Virus record (IMG/VR): IMGVR_UViG_3300002063_000001
Location: 1 to 64,000 of that record
Length of the DNA: 64,000 nt
DNA from: a virus
Strand: one strand, 5' to 3'
The notes beneath the pieces are model-generated. The model had not been told where the DNA came from, made no database searches, and worked only from the letters and a program-made list of their open reading frames with translations. Position numbers and translations under genes: made by a program. Below, piece by piece: positions 24,959-36,500 of the stretch; the stretch's first letter is position 1, and each line of letters begins with the position of its first letter.

Positions 24959-27900
24959 CTAATCGTCTTCCTTAGCCCCCCCCCCCAGGTGATTGTAGTT
25001 AACCTCCATTTCTTCTGCGACATCTAACCTTAACCTCTTCGCCTCTCTTTTCATACTTCGCAATGCTCGACCTTTCTCAGTTTCACTCAGATACCCATTC
25101 TCCTGAAACTCTGTCCAATAAGATTGATTCTCTAGCCACTCCCCATATTTTATCTGAAACTGGGACTCAAAAACTCCTTTGAGATACTTGTTATTTTTAA
25201 GCCACTTAGGAATACTACTTGTCACCCCTTTTGGACTGTATTTTACCTCTGAATAATATTTTTTACCTTCTACACTTCTTTTAGGGCTGTCGTATGTAGA
25301 TGTACCCATGCCTAGAATAGTCGCAACAGAATTTACCGTAGCTTGACCAACACTAGGATGTTTTAGCTCACCATCAAATGCCATCTTATATTCTCCGTAA
25401 ATTTCCTCAATAACTATAGGTATAGCTACCGCCGTAAACGCCTCCCCTGCGTTTAATATGCTCCCATACGTGTCTATGCCAATGTCGGTTTTGTACTTTT
25501 CAGAAAAATCATACGCCATAAACGGCTTTCCTATAGCATCTTTTTTTTGTGCAAACATCAAACCTGCACTTATGCTTGGATGAAGTTTATACTGAATGAA
25601 TTTTCCCCAAAGAGCAGGCAAGCTTGATTGGTTATACCCGTAAAAGTTAGGGTCATTTGTTTTATCCACTACTTCATAAGATTCTAACACCTTAAAAACT
25701 GTTTGAGATAATATCCTCAACACCTGTGCCTCCCCTGCTAAAACATCATACCTAGTATTGTTAATGACATTTTTCATAAAATCACTATCCCTAGGATCTT
25801 CCTCTTCGTCACCGCCTAACAAATAGCTCATTGCGGCCTTTATTACGGCGTATGTGCCCGCTAGCCTAATCCACTGCTTCATTATTTCCTTGTCCGCCTT
25901 GCTAGATTTACCTGTAACCAATCTTCGACCTGCTCTTAATGGAGCATTTAATGCTTGGAATCTGCTCACTGTGTACTTAGGAGCAAATAATATTTCGCTA
26001 GAATTATTTATTAAATGACCAAACTTAGAATCCGCATCTACTTTATTTTGGCCTCTACCAGTAGCTATATTCACCCATCTAGCAAATTCTGTTAGGTCTT
26101 TAATGTCTACATCTCCCGTTTTGTAATGTTTAGTCAAATAAGTGTCAAACATTTCTACTCTAAGCAGGTTAAGCACTGTACTCATGTGATTTTCAGAACC
26201 CTTAACCACAAGTCTTAATCCAGGGATTTTTTTTGCCCAATCACTTTGGAAAAACTCCTCAGATTGGGATGTTCCTGGGTGGGTCAGCTCTAATCCAGCC
26301 ATTTCTCGATAAGTATGATTAGTCTCGTTAATCATACCTTGATATATAGCCTCTGTTTTTTCTGAATTAACATTAACCAATGCCTTTACAAAAAAATCAA
26401 ATCTCCCGGTTAGTAGCATTGCAAATGCTCCTTGCCTTAATGTCCCAGATAAATCGGCTGTAGCTTTCATTGTCCTAGTCACATTCCATATATCCGAAGC
26501 TATTTGAGTAGACGTTTTCTTATGCTTATGTTTTACGTAATCGAGTGCATTTTGTTGTAGTTTCGCTTTCTTAGCTCTCGCTTTATTGAGCCTATCGTTA
26601 AACTCTGTGGTTTGTTTTACTTTTACCTCTGACCTTTTTAATATGTTATCTGTCGCTTCTTTTTTTACATCTGGGTCTTTTGATTTTAGCCCTTCTATAT
26701 CTGACTCTATGTCTTCTATTGTTTTCTCAACTTCTACTAGAGCTAACAAGTCTCGTATTTTTTCTTTTGTTAGCTCTATGTCGGTTGCAGGGTCGTACAA
26801 TTCTTTATCAATGTCTGACAATATATTTAAAGCTTCGTCTAACTTCTTTTTATTATTTATTGATAAGGTAAGTTTTTTTAATGCTTCGTTTAACGCTTTG
26901 ACCTCTTTACTTGGATTGTTCTTAGGCGTCTTAGGTTTTCTTATCCCTTTTGCTATATCTTCAATTTTACGCTTAATTTTAGCTTGTTTCTTGAGCTCGT
27001 TAAGTCTTTTTTTAGAGTCGCTAACGGCGGACCTTTGGTTTTCTTGAGTGTTTGTTGTTAAAGCTACAATAACATCCCTTTCTGTAAGATCTGGGACATC
27101 TTCCTTCATCTTAGTATACAAGTCTGCGAGATTGTCTACACCATCCTCTATATTAACCTTAGCCAACTCGTATAGAGGAGCTATTGTCTCAACTACTGAT
27201 GTAACATCGTTTAGTCGAGACATTATATCTTTAATAGAATCTACTGCTTTCTTTTTCCTTTGTTGCCTATCCTTTTTATCAAATCCTTTTTTAGCCACCC
27301 TCTTAATGGATTTTATTTCTTCTTGGATTTGTTTTTCAGCACTATTCTTCAGCCTTTGTGCCTCAAGTTCTTCGGCTTGTTTTTCTAAGGATTCAATTCG
27401 TTTCTGTTGCTCTTTTATTTTTTTAGCCATATCAGCCACTTTAGCCTTTTCAGCATCCGTGAGCGGTTGGTCTGCCTTAGCTTTTTCAACCATCTTAGTG
27501 AGCTTAGCTATTGAGAAATTGTTTTTAGAAATAGCAAGTCTTCTAATATTTAGCCTTCGAGCAGCCTCTGTGCCAGCTTGCTGAGCAGCTTTAGTAATAA
27601 TTGAGATCTCATCAATTAAATTTGAGATTCGATCATTGACCTCCGATAAAGTCTCCAAATTATTTGTTTTCTCAAGAACATCCTGTTCTGCTTCAATCTG
27701 ATTTTCAAGCTCTGTTTCTCTAACAACCAGGCCAATATGCTCTTCTTCTGTGATGGATTCCCCAGATAAAGCCTTAACTACCGTTTGATTTACAACTTCT
27801 TTTTTATGAGCCCCATTTTTTATAGCATTGTCATACGATTTTTGCCAAGCTTTCCTTAATGGAGGAGGGAGTCTATCTAAATTATACCTTTCTCTGGTAT

Positions 27901-30900
27901 CTTCTATGGAAGATTTTTTTAGAGAGATAGCATCATTAGTCTCTTTAGTATTTCCCGACTTCTTATCAGAAGGACTTACCGGTTCTTTTGCAGAGTTTTT
28001 GTTGGCAGCATTGAACGCTTCTTCTATGTATGGTATAATAGCTTCCCCAGCATCTTCTATAAGTTTAGCCGACACATCCGCTAATTTTCTAGTACCAGCC
28101 TCTATGTGGAATGCAGCCATAGTAGTAGCTGCTTTAAGTAAATCTGCATCTAACCCTGAGTTGAGGTTATTAGTTCCTTTTTTGAAGGCTTCTTTCGCTG
28201 ATTCAAATTTATCTACCGTTACTCCTTTGTTGGAACTCCCGTATTTGGGTTTTGATTTTTTAGGCTCTGGCTTTGACTCGGGCTTAACATTGTCATCACT
28301 CTTCTTCGGCTCATTAACCGTCTCCGCTTTAACTTCTCTAATCTCCCTTGCTGGTCTGGACTTAATTGTTTCTTCATATACTCTTTCAAAATTACGGTTT
28401 GTAGGTGTTAATCCTGTGACTTCTCTAAATCTTTCTTTTAATAATCCTATTATCTCATCATCCCTATTAAGAGTAGCCTCGTAATCTTTTGAGGACTCAA
28501 AAGATGTCATAAACTCTATTACATTATCAGCAGATATAGCACTGTCTGTATAATAAGATTCGATTTCACTATCTGAGGAAGCTGCCTCAGCAAACGCCTC
28601 TATACTTACTCCTTTATTCTGTAGATTAAATGCCTTCCTCATTTTAGGAGTTATGTCAGACTTCTTATAACCAGTATGCTTCATAAAGCTATCTATTGAT
28701 ATAGCTTTAGACCCCAATGATTTAGAGATAGACCCGAAAATATCTGTAGACATCTCTTGAAGCATTTGCTCGTCTGTAGAATCCGATAATACAGAATCTA
28801 TTGCAGTAATTATCTCTATTGGGTTTTTGCTACTAGAAGCTACTCTTTCATTATATTCTGCAACCGAACCAGAGCCGTCATTGAGATCAGACGTGCCTAT
28901 CATTTTAGATCTCGACTGAGCCACAGCTCTCTCTGTCAATACTTTGACTTTCGTTGCATTTGATACAGGTTTTCTCTTCTTATTTAGAACATCTATATTC
29001 CCATCCTTAATGCTGGCACTGTACCCATTTGACCCCTCAAAAGTGTTCTCTGTATAATCCTTGGACAACGGATTGAAGAACACGTTCTTATCCTTTTCTT
29101 TAACATAGCGACTACCCATCTCATCCTCAGCTTGCTGAGATAGAAAGTCGTCCCAATCTACATCTTCCCCAACAATTAGGGGGGTATCTTTCCTTGTTTC
29201 TAATTCTTCCGAAGATAATTCTTTAACATCAACCTTCTCTACTTCTGCAGGAGTGCTCTCAGTTTTAAGTTCACCTGGTCCATCTTCATTTGAAGTTTCT
29301 CCTTCTCCTGCATCAACATTTGTATCTCCAACTTCTTCTGATTTAGTTTCTCCTTCTCCATTTTCTGTAACTTCTGTGCTTAATTCTACAGTGTCCCCGG
29401 CTTTTAAAGTCTCACTCTCTTCTGATTTAGCTTCTTGATTGGGGTTTGATTCTATGGCTTCTGCTGCTGAGGATATATCCTCACTTACCTCCTTAGATAT
29501 TGCTTCAAATTCTTTTTGAACCTCTGGAGATTGATTTTTTAACCAACTTTGATGCTCAGCCATAAACTTTTTACCTGCATTAGTCGCAGAGCCCATCGCT
29601 GCCCCCATAAAAAATGTCATGAGACCAAACTTTATATTCCCCTCAGCAGTTCCAAACCTATCCTGGTGTAGTTCTATGAATTTCTCCATATCGCTACCAC
29701 TATCTTTAAGAATAGATGCTATCTCATTACCGTACTCCTCTGCTACTTCACCTAATCCTAAGCCAGATTTAGCAAAAAGCTTACCCATTAGTTTATCCCC
29801 AGTAGCAGCATTAGAGCCAAACATCTTAGTCATAGAGCTCTGATAAAACTTCTTCCCAGCCAATGACGTACCCACTCCTTTAGCCCCACTAGCAAAAACA
29901 CTACCTAATGCTCCAGAAAGAAACGTGGCTTCATCTTGCAGTGTCTCTGAATTCCCTAGTAATCCAGCAGCCTCGTATTGAAGTCCACTTTCCGCAGCTC
30001 CATATAGAAGCTTTGTGCTTCTATTTATGTTCTTGGCCGTATTTATGTATTTACCTACCTTAGTAGCTCGCACAAGCCCACCAGCTCCTTTTACAATAGC
30101 ACCTCCACCCATAAAATATGGCATAAGACCCACCGTAGTACCTACCGTATAACTTACCTCTTCTCCTAAAGACATATCATAGGATGCCTCCATTGCTTTA
30201 GAAAAATCCTCGTCTACACCATCTGACACATCTGCCATTTCAAATGACTCGTATAGTGTAGATGCCTGCTTTTGTTCAGTAGGATACTGAGTGTCACCAA
30301 GTACAACATTAGACACTCCTTTACCAAACTGACTTAGCCAATTATCTTCTGAAAGCTGTTTTTTGTTAAGTAACATAACCGGAGCTAATTCTTTAAGCTC
30401 CAAGTTCCTGTTTTGCATGTCTTGCCACACCTCAGCCTCCCCACTCAAATATCCATATACTGGTAGATTAGCTCTAATTATAGAGAAGTTATCCATTTTG
30501 GACTCCATATCTTCAAGCTGCTCAACTCTACTGTGATAATAGTTCTCTAGTTTTTCTAATCGAGTATCACCTGGCATACGTTTAACCTCTTCCTTTTCAG
30601 AATAGGTTTTAGCCACCTCCATAGGATTCACTACGGGCTTAATACTTGCTAGAAGTTTTTGTACATCCTCAGCTATCTGAGTAGCCTCTGAATCGCTGGC
30701 ATCTACTAGTTCAGATTTTAATGACTTTATTTGATCATTTACTTTTTGAACAGCATCTAACCTTCTTTCTGCTATTTGTTTTGTAAGGGTTTTCTCTTTG
30801 GATGTGTATATATCAAACTCTGGACCTTCCGTATATTTACCCAGTTGTTTTTGAACAAACTCGAGTTCACTTGCTAGAGAGTAGTCCTCTTGCATGTCTT

Positions 30901-31456
30901 CACTAAGGTACTTTTTAGAATATTTGTCTTTTAAAATACCTCTATACTCTTTGAGGTCCATACCAGACTTCTTGGCCTTTTCTTTCTGATTCTCTATAGT
31001 AGATATAGCGTTATCAATAGCTTTGTTCTTTCTAGTCTCTAAATCTAACTCCCCTGCATCAAGTAATGTCTCGGCAACCGTAGGAGCATCGCCTAACTTA
31101 TAATCAGGAGCACTTAAAACAGCATCAGGAGCATCTTCCCCAACCAAACCTTCCGTATTTAAAGGTTCCTGATTAGGAGCTATCGCATTAGGATCAACAT
31201 TTTCTGATACAGAGCCTCCACCATTTTCTGGATTTGAAGGAGTAACCGATTGGGATGCCTCGGAATTTGAACTTTTTTTTTTAAAGTATGAAGAGTAAAA
31301 TTCATCCTGAGATATATCAGTCAAATCTTCTGACTTCATATAATCGTAGATTTCCTTTGCTTTTTCTGGTGTAGAATAAGCAGATAAAAACGACTTCTCA
31401 TCAAGGTCCGTAAGACCTTCTTTTTTCATGTAATCGTATATAGGATGTCCTTTCAT
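24959..31456 (-). CDS. Giant (2165 aa) virion-associated protein; internal-core/ejection or tape-measure-like
   Basis: Long K/E-rich coiled coils, Gly-rich hydrophobic stretches (GLMPYFMGGGAIVKGAGGLVRA, GALGSVFASGAKGVGTSLAGKK) and an acidic PE/ET-rich spacer. The N-terminus carries a duplicated YDYMK-E-LTD motif. No polymerase-type DxDGD motif was seen. Confidence 0.45.
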   Translation of the reverse strand: MKGHPIYDYMKKEGLTDLDEKSFLSAYSTPEKAKEIYDYMKSEDLTDISQDEFYSSYFKKKSSNSEASQSVTPSNPENGGGSVSENVDPNAIAPNQEPLNTEGLVGEDAPDAVLSAPDYKLGDAPTVAETLLDAGELDLETRKNKAIDNAISTIENQKEKAKKSGMDLKEYRGILKDKYSKKYLSEDMQEDYSLASELEFVQKQLGKYTEGPEFDIYTSKEKTLTKQIAERRLDAVQKVNDQIKSLKSELVDASDSEATQIAEDVQKLLASIKPVVNPMEVAKTYSEKEEVKRMPGDTRLEKLENYYHSRVEQLEDMESKMDNFSIIRANLPVYGYLSGEAEVWQDMQNRNLELKELAPVMLLNKKQLSEDNWLSQFGKGVSNVVLGDTQYPTEQKQASTLYESFEMADVSDGVDEDFSKAMEASYDMSLGEEVSYTVGTTVGLMPYFMGGGAIVKGAGGLVRATKVGKYINTAKNINRSTKLLYGAAESGLQYEAAGLLGNSETLQDEATFLSGALGSVFASGAKGVGTSLAGKKFYQSSMTKMFGSNAATGDKLMGKLFAKSGLGLGEVAEEYGNEIASILKDSGSDMEKFIELHQDRFGTAEGNIKFGLMTFFMGAAMGSATNAGKKFMAEHQSWLKNQSPEVQKEFEAISKEVSEDISSAAEAIESNPNQEAKSEESETLKAGDTVELSTEVTENGEGETKSEEVGDTNVDAGEGETSNEDGPGELKTESTPAEVEKVDVKELSSEELETRKDTPLIVGEDVDWDDFLSQQAEDEMGSRYVKEKDKNVFFNPLSKDYTENTFEGSNGYSASIKDGNIDVLNKKRKPVSNATKVKVLTERAVAQSRSKMIGTSDLNDGSGSVAEYNERVASSSKNPIEIITAIDSVLSDSTDEQMLQEMSTDIFGSISKSLGSKAISIDSFMKHTGYKKSDITPKMRKAFNLQNKGVSIEAFAEAASSDSEIESYYTDSAISADNVIEFMTSFESSKDYEATLNRDDEIIGLLKERFREVTGLTPTNRNFERVYEETIKSRPAREIREVKAETVNEPKKSDDNVKPESKPEPKKSKPKYGSSNKGVTVDKFESAKEAFKKGTNNLNSGLDADLLKAATTMAAFHIEAGTRKLADVSAKLIEDAGEAIIPYIEEAFNAANKNSAKEPVSPSDKKSGNTKETNDAISLKKSSIEDTRERYNLDRLPPPLRKAWQKSYDNAIKNGAHKKEVVNQTVVKALSGESITEEEHIGLVVRETELENQIEAEQDVLEKTNNLETLSEVNDRISNLIDEISIITKAAQQAGTEAARRLNIRRLAISKNNFSIAKLTKMVEKAKADQPLTDAEKAKVADMAKKIKEQQKRIESLEKQAEELEAQRLKNSAEKQIQEEIKSIKRVAKKGFDKKDRQQRKKKAVDSIKDIMSRLNDVTSVVETIAPLYELAKVNIEDGVDNLADLYTKMKEDVPDLTERDVIVALTTNTQENQRSAVSDSKKRLNELKKQAKIKRKIEDIAKGIRKPKTPKNNPSKEVKALNEALKKLTLSINNKKKLDEALNILSDIDKELYDPATDIELTKEKIRDLLALVEVEKTIEDIESDIEGLKSKDPDVKKEATDNILKRSEVKVKQTTEFNDRLNKARAKKAKLQQNALDYVKHKHKKTSTQIASDIWNVTRTMKATADLSGTLRQGAFAMLLTGRFDFFVKALVNVNSEKTEAIYQGMINETNHTYREMAGLELTHPGTSQSEEFFQSDWAKKIPGLRLVVKGSENHMSTVLNLLRVEMFDTYLTKHYKTGDVDIKDLTEFARWVNIATGRGQNKVDADSKFGHLINNSSEILFAPKYTVSRFQALNAPLRAGRRLVTGKSSKADKEIMKQWIRLAGTYAVIKAAMSYLLGGDEEEDPRDSDFMKNVINNTRYDVLAGEAQVLRILSQTVFKVLESYEVVDKTNDPNFYGYNQSSLPALWGKFIQYKLHPSISAGLMFAQKKDAIGKPFMAYDFSEKYKTDIGIDTYGSILNAGEAFTAVAIPIVIEEIYGEYKMAFDGELKHPSVGQATVNSVATILGMGTSTYDSPKRSVEGKKYYSEVKYSPKGVTSSIPKWLKNNKYLKGVFESQFQIKYGEWLENQSYWTEFQENGYLSETEKGRALRSMKREAKRLRLDVAEEMEVNYNHLGGGAKEDD

Positions 31457-32835
31457 TATTTGCCTCCGTTAAATTTTGGTTTGCCACTTTTAGAAGAGCT
31501 TTTTATTGGCTCCCACTCATTTTCTACATAATACTCCATAGCTTTCTGAGCTTCACGAATCATAGGGTGGTCTATATTATTAGCATCTAACACAATATCC
31601 CTCGTATCTCCGTCGGCATCTTTAGCTTGCCCCGACCACATTACCTTAGAACCCTCTCCCCAATACAGGGTACCTTGACCTAAAATATAGTTACCAAGAT
31701 CACCGACAACTTCTCCACTATCAAAATCTCTTATCCCGCCCGTAGGGACATTCACTTTAAGGGATGGAGTAGCCATCTGTATAGGAGTATTGCCTGTTCT
31801 TCCTCCTGAATTTATTGGCTGGTCAAATATTGCCGCATCTCTAAATTCTTGAGTTAATGTACTTTTACCCCCCTTATTACTAATATACCTCATAGTAAAG
31901 TCTTTATCCTTATTTGGATTAGCTTTAGACTGATTTAAGGTAGTCCTCTTATCATAGGCATATATTCCTGCTATAGACTCTATAACCTTACTTCTTGCAA
32001 CTTCTAACTGTGCTGGATCTGAGAGATCATATCGAGAAGACATTGTTTTATTCACAGTCCCCATAATATGCTCTTCTAAACCACTTTCAGAATCCGAAAG
32101 GGCACTTATATAATCAATGGCATCAGACAATCGAAGCTCCTCTGTTTTAACCCGACTATTACCACCCATTGCATTAGTATGGTAGTTGTCTGTCTTATTA
32201 AGAAGAACTTTCTTTATGTCATCACCATACGTCTTGTCAAAATACTCTGCAGCATTATACTTAGACTCTAACATAAGGTCAGTGTTTAAGTTTTTCTCTC
32301 TATACCCTACAGGTCCTAACTCTTCGTACTCCTTCATATTGCCAGTACGCTCTGCATGTTCTATAGGTTTAGCCCATTCTCTTAGGCTTCTTCTATTATC
32401 AGGAGTGTTATAAGCTTCCTTATTTATGTTTAATGCAGCCTTGTCATACAAAAACTTATGCTGCTTACTCATCTCAACGGATTGATTATAAAGCTGTTGG
32501 TCTTTGTCTATTAGCCTTCGAACCTCGGGAGGAATAGTTCCTCCATTTTGCTGATGTATAGTCGGGATCTCACTAGACCACTTGTCCAAGTACTGATTTC
32601 TGATATTGTCAGTATACTCCAAGTCGTAAGCCCAAGGATCGCCCTCCACATCACCTAGCTTATCTAGCTCGGTTTTAAGGCCTTTAGCTCCCGCAGCTCT
32701 ACGTTTCGCACGCTCTTGCTGTTCATAAAAATTTTGGCTATCCTTATACTGCCTTTCTCCTTTAGCAAAGGATATTATCCCTTCACTCTCAGTGGGCAGT
32801 ATGGTAGCTTGTTGTGCGTTTGGGTCTAATGCCAT
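31456..32835 (-). CDS. Hypothetical structural protein, possible internal virion protein
   Basis: 459-aa ORF directly upstream of the giant gene, sharing a boundary nucleotide with it. Confidence 0.5.
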   Translation of the reverse strand: MALDPNAQQATILPTESEGIISFAKGERQYKDSQNFYEQQERAKRRAAGAKGLKTELDKLGDVEGDPWAYDLEYTDNIRNQYLDKWSSEIPTIHQQNGGTIPPEVRRLIDKDQQLYNQSVEMSKQHKFLYDKAALNINKEAYNTPDNRRSLREWAKPIEHAERTGNMKEYEELGPVGYREKNLNTDLMLESKYNAAEYFDKTYGDDIKKVLLNKTDNYHTNAMGGNSRVKTEELRLSDAIDYISALSDSESGLEEHIMGTVNKTMSSRYDLSDPAQLEVARSKVIESIAGIYAYDKRTTLNQSKANPNKDKDFTMRYISNKGGKSTLTQEFRDAAIFDQPINSGGRTGNTPIQMATPSLKVNVPTGGIRDFDSGEVVGDLGNYILGQGTLYWGEGSKVMWSGQAKDADGDTRDIVLDANNIDHPMIREAQKAMEYYVENEWEPIKSSSKSGKPKFNGGK

Positions 32836-32836
32836 A

Positions 32837-33541
32837 TTATAAATCTATCTCTTGACCTAATCCTCTATAAAACCCGTTATCTCTACCCAATCCATTTGAC
32901 TCGGGCATTTTCATTCCTGTACCAAAACCTCCACCATCAAAAGGATCTCCTGGAGTCCCTAATCCTTGGTTTCTTTTGCCTATCATAGCTCCATCTGGAC
33001 CTGGAATATTGCCATCCCCTAGCATACTTAACTGCACACCAGTCTTTAAAGCATCGTAACCATTCTGTCTTCCGGCTTCTTTTAGCTGTGCCGACTTAGC
33101 CATAGCCTCTTGATATGGAGCTATTTTATCGTAGTGATACTTTTGCTGCTCAAATCTAGCCATGGTGTCTAGCTCTGCGTTCAAATCTCTCTCAGCCTGC
33201 CTTTTCATCTGTGCACCACTTATAGCCATACGATTTATCGTATCATTATTGCTCGATGCCATACGAGATAGGTTTTCGGTTATCTGATTAGGATTATCGG
33301 TAGCCTGTGCCATACGATATGCCGCATTAGACATATTCTTCTCCATAAGAGCTTCCGCTCTATCTTGACCCGGAACTCTATTTCTAGACGCAGCAAATCT
33401 AGCCGAATTAAGAGCTTGAAATGCACTCTCTGGTATCTTGTACTCTGGTCTAGGATTATTTCTTTCTAGCTTTTTAGCTTGACCATACTCTATGCTAGCT
33501 AAAGCCAGCTTATATGCTACTGGTATTATTAATGGATTCAT
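32837..33541 (-). CDS. Hypothetical structural protein, possible internal virion protein
   Basis: 234 aa with a hydrophobic N-terminus (MNPLIIPVAYKLALASI) and a Gly-rich C-terminus. First of three ORFs of increasing size (234/459/2165 aa), reminiscent of T7 gp14/15/16. Confidence 0.45.
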   Translation of the reverse strand: MNPLIIPVAYKLALASIEYGQAKKLERNNPRPEYKIPESAFQALNSARFAASRNRVPGQDRAEALMEKNMSNAAYRMAQATDNPNQITENLSRMASSNNDTINRMAISGAQMKRQAERDLNAELDTMARFEQQKYHYDKIAPYQEAMAKSAQLKEAGRQNGYDALKTGVQLSMLGDGNIPGPDGAMIGKRNQGLGTPGDPFDGGGFGTGMKMPESNGLGRDNGFYRGLGQEIDL

Positions 33542-36500
33542 GTTTCTTGTACGTTATATTTTACTTCTAAGGCCGTTAGTTTTGTTAATTCTGTGTGCGT
33601 ATTCTCTAATGAAACTATAAGCACCTCACTTTGGAGCCTATCCCCGTTTATCACAGGAGCAGTTATGTTAGGCGTATTCATATCTCTAGGTATATTAGAG
33701 TTAAACTTACGATCTTGGTATTGGAATTTGTTCTCTAATATTCTGGTCTCTTGTACACCATACATATCGGTGTTTTCTGTAGAAATATCTCCCTTAGTAG
33801 GTGCCTCCCACTTCTTATTAGCGTGCTCAGTAAGTGTAAGCCAAGTCTTTATGTTCTGCCACCTTTCATTGAATACCGTTCGGATCTTCTGCACAGCTAT
33901 ATTGCCATAGAAAGTGTTTCGGATCAATTCATTGTCATGCCTCCACAATCCTCCTTCTTTAAAGGATATAAATAACATACCTATTGACATGTAATTCTCT
34001 GGATAGTAGGGCTCATAACCCGTCCACACCTTATCTTCTTCACTATAAGCTACTGTATCACTCAATGTTTCGTCACCAAATGTCCAATAGACATTTTCTC
34101 GAGACTCGTCATAGTTACCAAAAACTCGTGCACCCGGATACTTTAAAGCTAAATCTTTACTCCCTTTAAGGAACCCGATAGCACTTATGCTATTAGGTCC
34201 ATTAGCATCATCTCTTATAAATATACCGTTCCTAGCATCCCAGAAATAGAGATACCTACCATTAGACACTACGCTCTCTGGATGCGTAGTCCCCCAATCT
34301 TCAAACTCGTAAGGGCGTATTTCGCCGATAAACTTATCAGAAAGGACTACAGAATCAGTGCCCCCTGGATTTACGGCTATTTGCCTATTAAGGTATACAC
34401 TATTTAGCTTTTTATCTTGGATAACTTTTATAGTGTACCCTACACTCTCCATATACCGTATCTCTCCATGTTCTGAATTTACACTGCTATCATTATTAGC
34501 ACTAAATTCAAAAAGACGATTAGTCTGAGTATTCTCAAAGTACCTGCCTCCGTATATGAAGTGGTTATAAAAATTCCTTTGCTCTATAGATTCATCAAAA
34601 ACTTGAAATCTACCGACATCTGTAGATGTACTTTGATAGTGCTTAGAATAAAAAACTGTTTCAACACCTCTCGCATATCCGTTTAAATCAGAAATCTGAT
34701 TTATGTAAGCATCTCCGTAATCTAAGACCAACAACGCAGGAGTAATAGCTGTTTGATTAACTCTGCCAGAGTGCAGTCCGTTTGTTATTCCATATACCTC
34801 CCCAATCTCTCTATATACATTTTCGCCTAATGTCCTAGGTCTATATATTTCAAACTGGTTAGCAATGTCTAAAAAGATATTATTTGTTAAATCTATAGCA
34901 CTAGGCTCTTCAATAATAATCTGTTTTGATGCCGAATCTACTTGCAATATTCTTACATCTACAGCCCCTAAATACAAACCGTAGTTAGCAGTAGCGGCCT
35001 CCGATATAAACCTTAGCCTATCGCCCTCTTGAAATTCATATTCTAACCCTTCATAGGTTATTTGATCATCAAATAAAGAAACACCACTCAGTAACCAGGT
35101 GTTTTTACCATTAAAATCGTTCGTAGTATCTAAGTTTGTTGAACGAGAAACTATAAAATACTCTATGTCTGATGGAGCTACAACCACCTGATAATTCTTA
35201 GCCCATAAAGGAGCCATATGATTTATTCTTAACCTAGCTTCTTGAACCACAGGGAAATAGTTTACGCCCAAAATACCATCAACCATGTTGCCCACAAAAG
35301 GAACATTTAAGGTGTCAAGTTCGTGAACACCACTAGATCTTCCAAGCTCATCGTAGTAGACTATGCCAAACTTCTGTCTACTGCCAGACTTTAAGGTTTT
35401 ATGCTTCTCAGTTATTGTTGTGTCTTGAAATGCACTAGAAACCTCTACTGTATCTAAAGCTACATTGGGCGTTGATGTTTGACGTATTTCGCCCCCATTA
35501 GCTTCCCAACTGTCTAACCCATTGGCCAGCAAGAATGCGTTAAGGTCCAATATAATAGCGTTAATTAATGCTGCCGAACTATAGCCAGGTGCAGGATAAG
35601 AATTAAAAGTGTAGTAAAACACATCCCCATTATCAGTATTTGTAAAAGAAAACTCTATTGGGAAGTTTTGATCTATATAATTTTGATCATTAGAAATAAA
35701 TACAGAAGAGGGGAATTGGCTTAATATCAAAGCACTCCTATCACCAAAAATATCTTGGTCCATCAGTGCTGTTTGTACTAAATCTACAAACACATCTACA
35801 TCTACGTTATCATAACCTTGCACATAATTACCGTAAAAAAGATGGTTGTCATAAGACAAAGCCTGAGTTTTGCTAGAAACAGGAATTTGGTAGTTATTAA
35901 TTAGCTCATTGTCGGCTATTACATATTTCCTTTCGCCAGACCAAGAGAATGTTTCATCTGAAAAACTAGGAATAATTGAATTATTGTTTAAGTCAAACTT
36001 ATCTACTCTTTCTACTAGATAGAAAGAACCTGTGTTCGCTTCTCTTATTGCTATCTCAATAGCTATAACGTCTGTAGACCCTGTATTGTACTCAACATCT
36101 AACACGTTATTTACAATGACACTAAATGAGTCTAAAGCGTTTTCGTCTCCTGTAGGGGATGAAATTTTAGATATAGGGCTAAAAGAACTCCTGCTATCGC
36201 CTATATATACATACCTATAAACGACCTGAAACAACCTGTCTCTTAAGTTATTTATAACTACATCTTCTGTCCTGTAAGACAATATCGGAGCGTATAACGG
36301 AGGATAAGCCCCAGCTGTTATAAACTGTGCTCTTTGTTCCTGCGTACCTGTATTAATAAGGTTATCGTAAGGGAATACATCCCTGCTGGCTGGAGTCCCA
36401 TTCGTATGAGCCTTAGCACTAGACATTACTATGTGCTTAGGGGCTAAATCATCACAATAAGTTAGGTTATCGTCAAAGATATTAATAGAATGTATCCTTC

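Noticed and set aside
24778-25023. 81-aa minus-strand ORF spanning the intergenic palindrome and the start of gene 23448..24833
   Set aside because: It crosses a conserved regulatory motif and overlaps two real genes out of frame, and its composition is Cys/Ile-rich and implausible. It is kept only as the frame reached by a -1 slip in the G11 tract.
26586-28484. Several long + strand ORFs (26586..27047, 27048..27584, 27828..28484, and others at 29253 and 29619) inside the 2165-aa gene
   Set aside because: They are antisense shadows of a K/E-rich coiled-coil gene. Their translations are Ser/Leu/Phe low-complexity strings, they overlap the much longer minus-strand ORF completely, and they have no start context of their own.
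24959-31456. Possibility that the 2165-aa ORF is a crAss-like or N4-like virion RNA polymerase
   Set aside because: I could not find the DxDGD-type catalytic motifs or any polymerase-like block. The sequence is dominated by coiled-coil and Gly-rich hydrophobic segments typical of ejection or tape-measure proteins.
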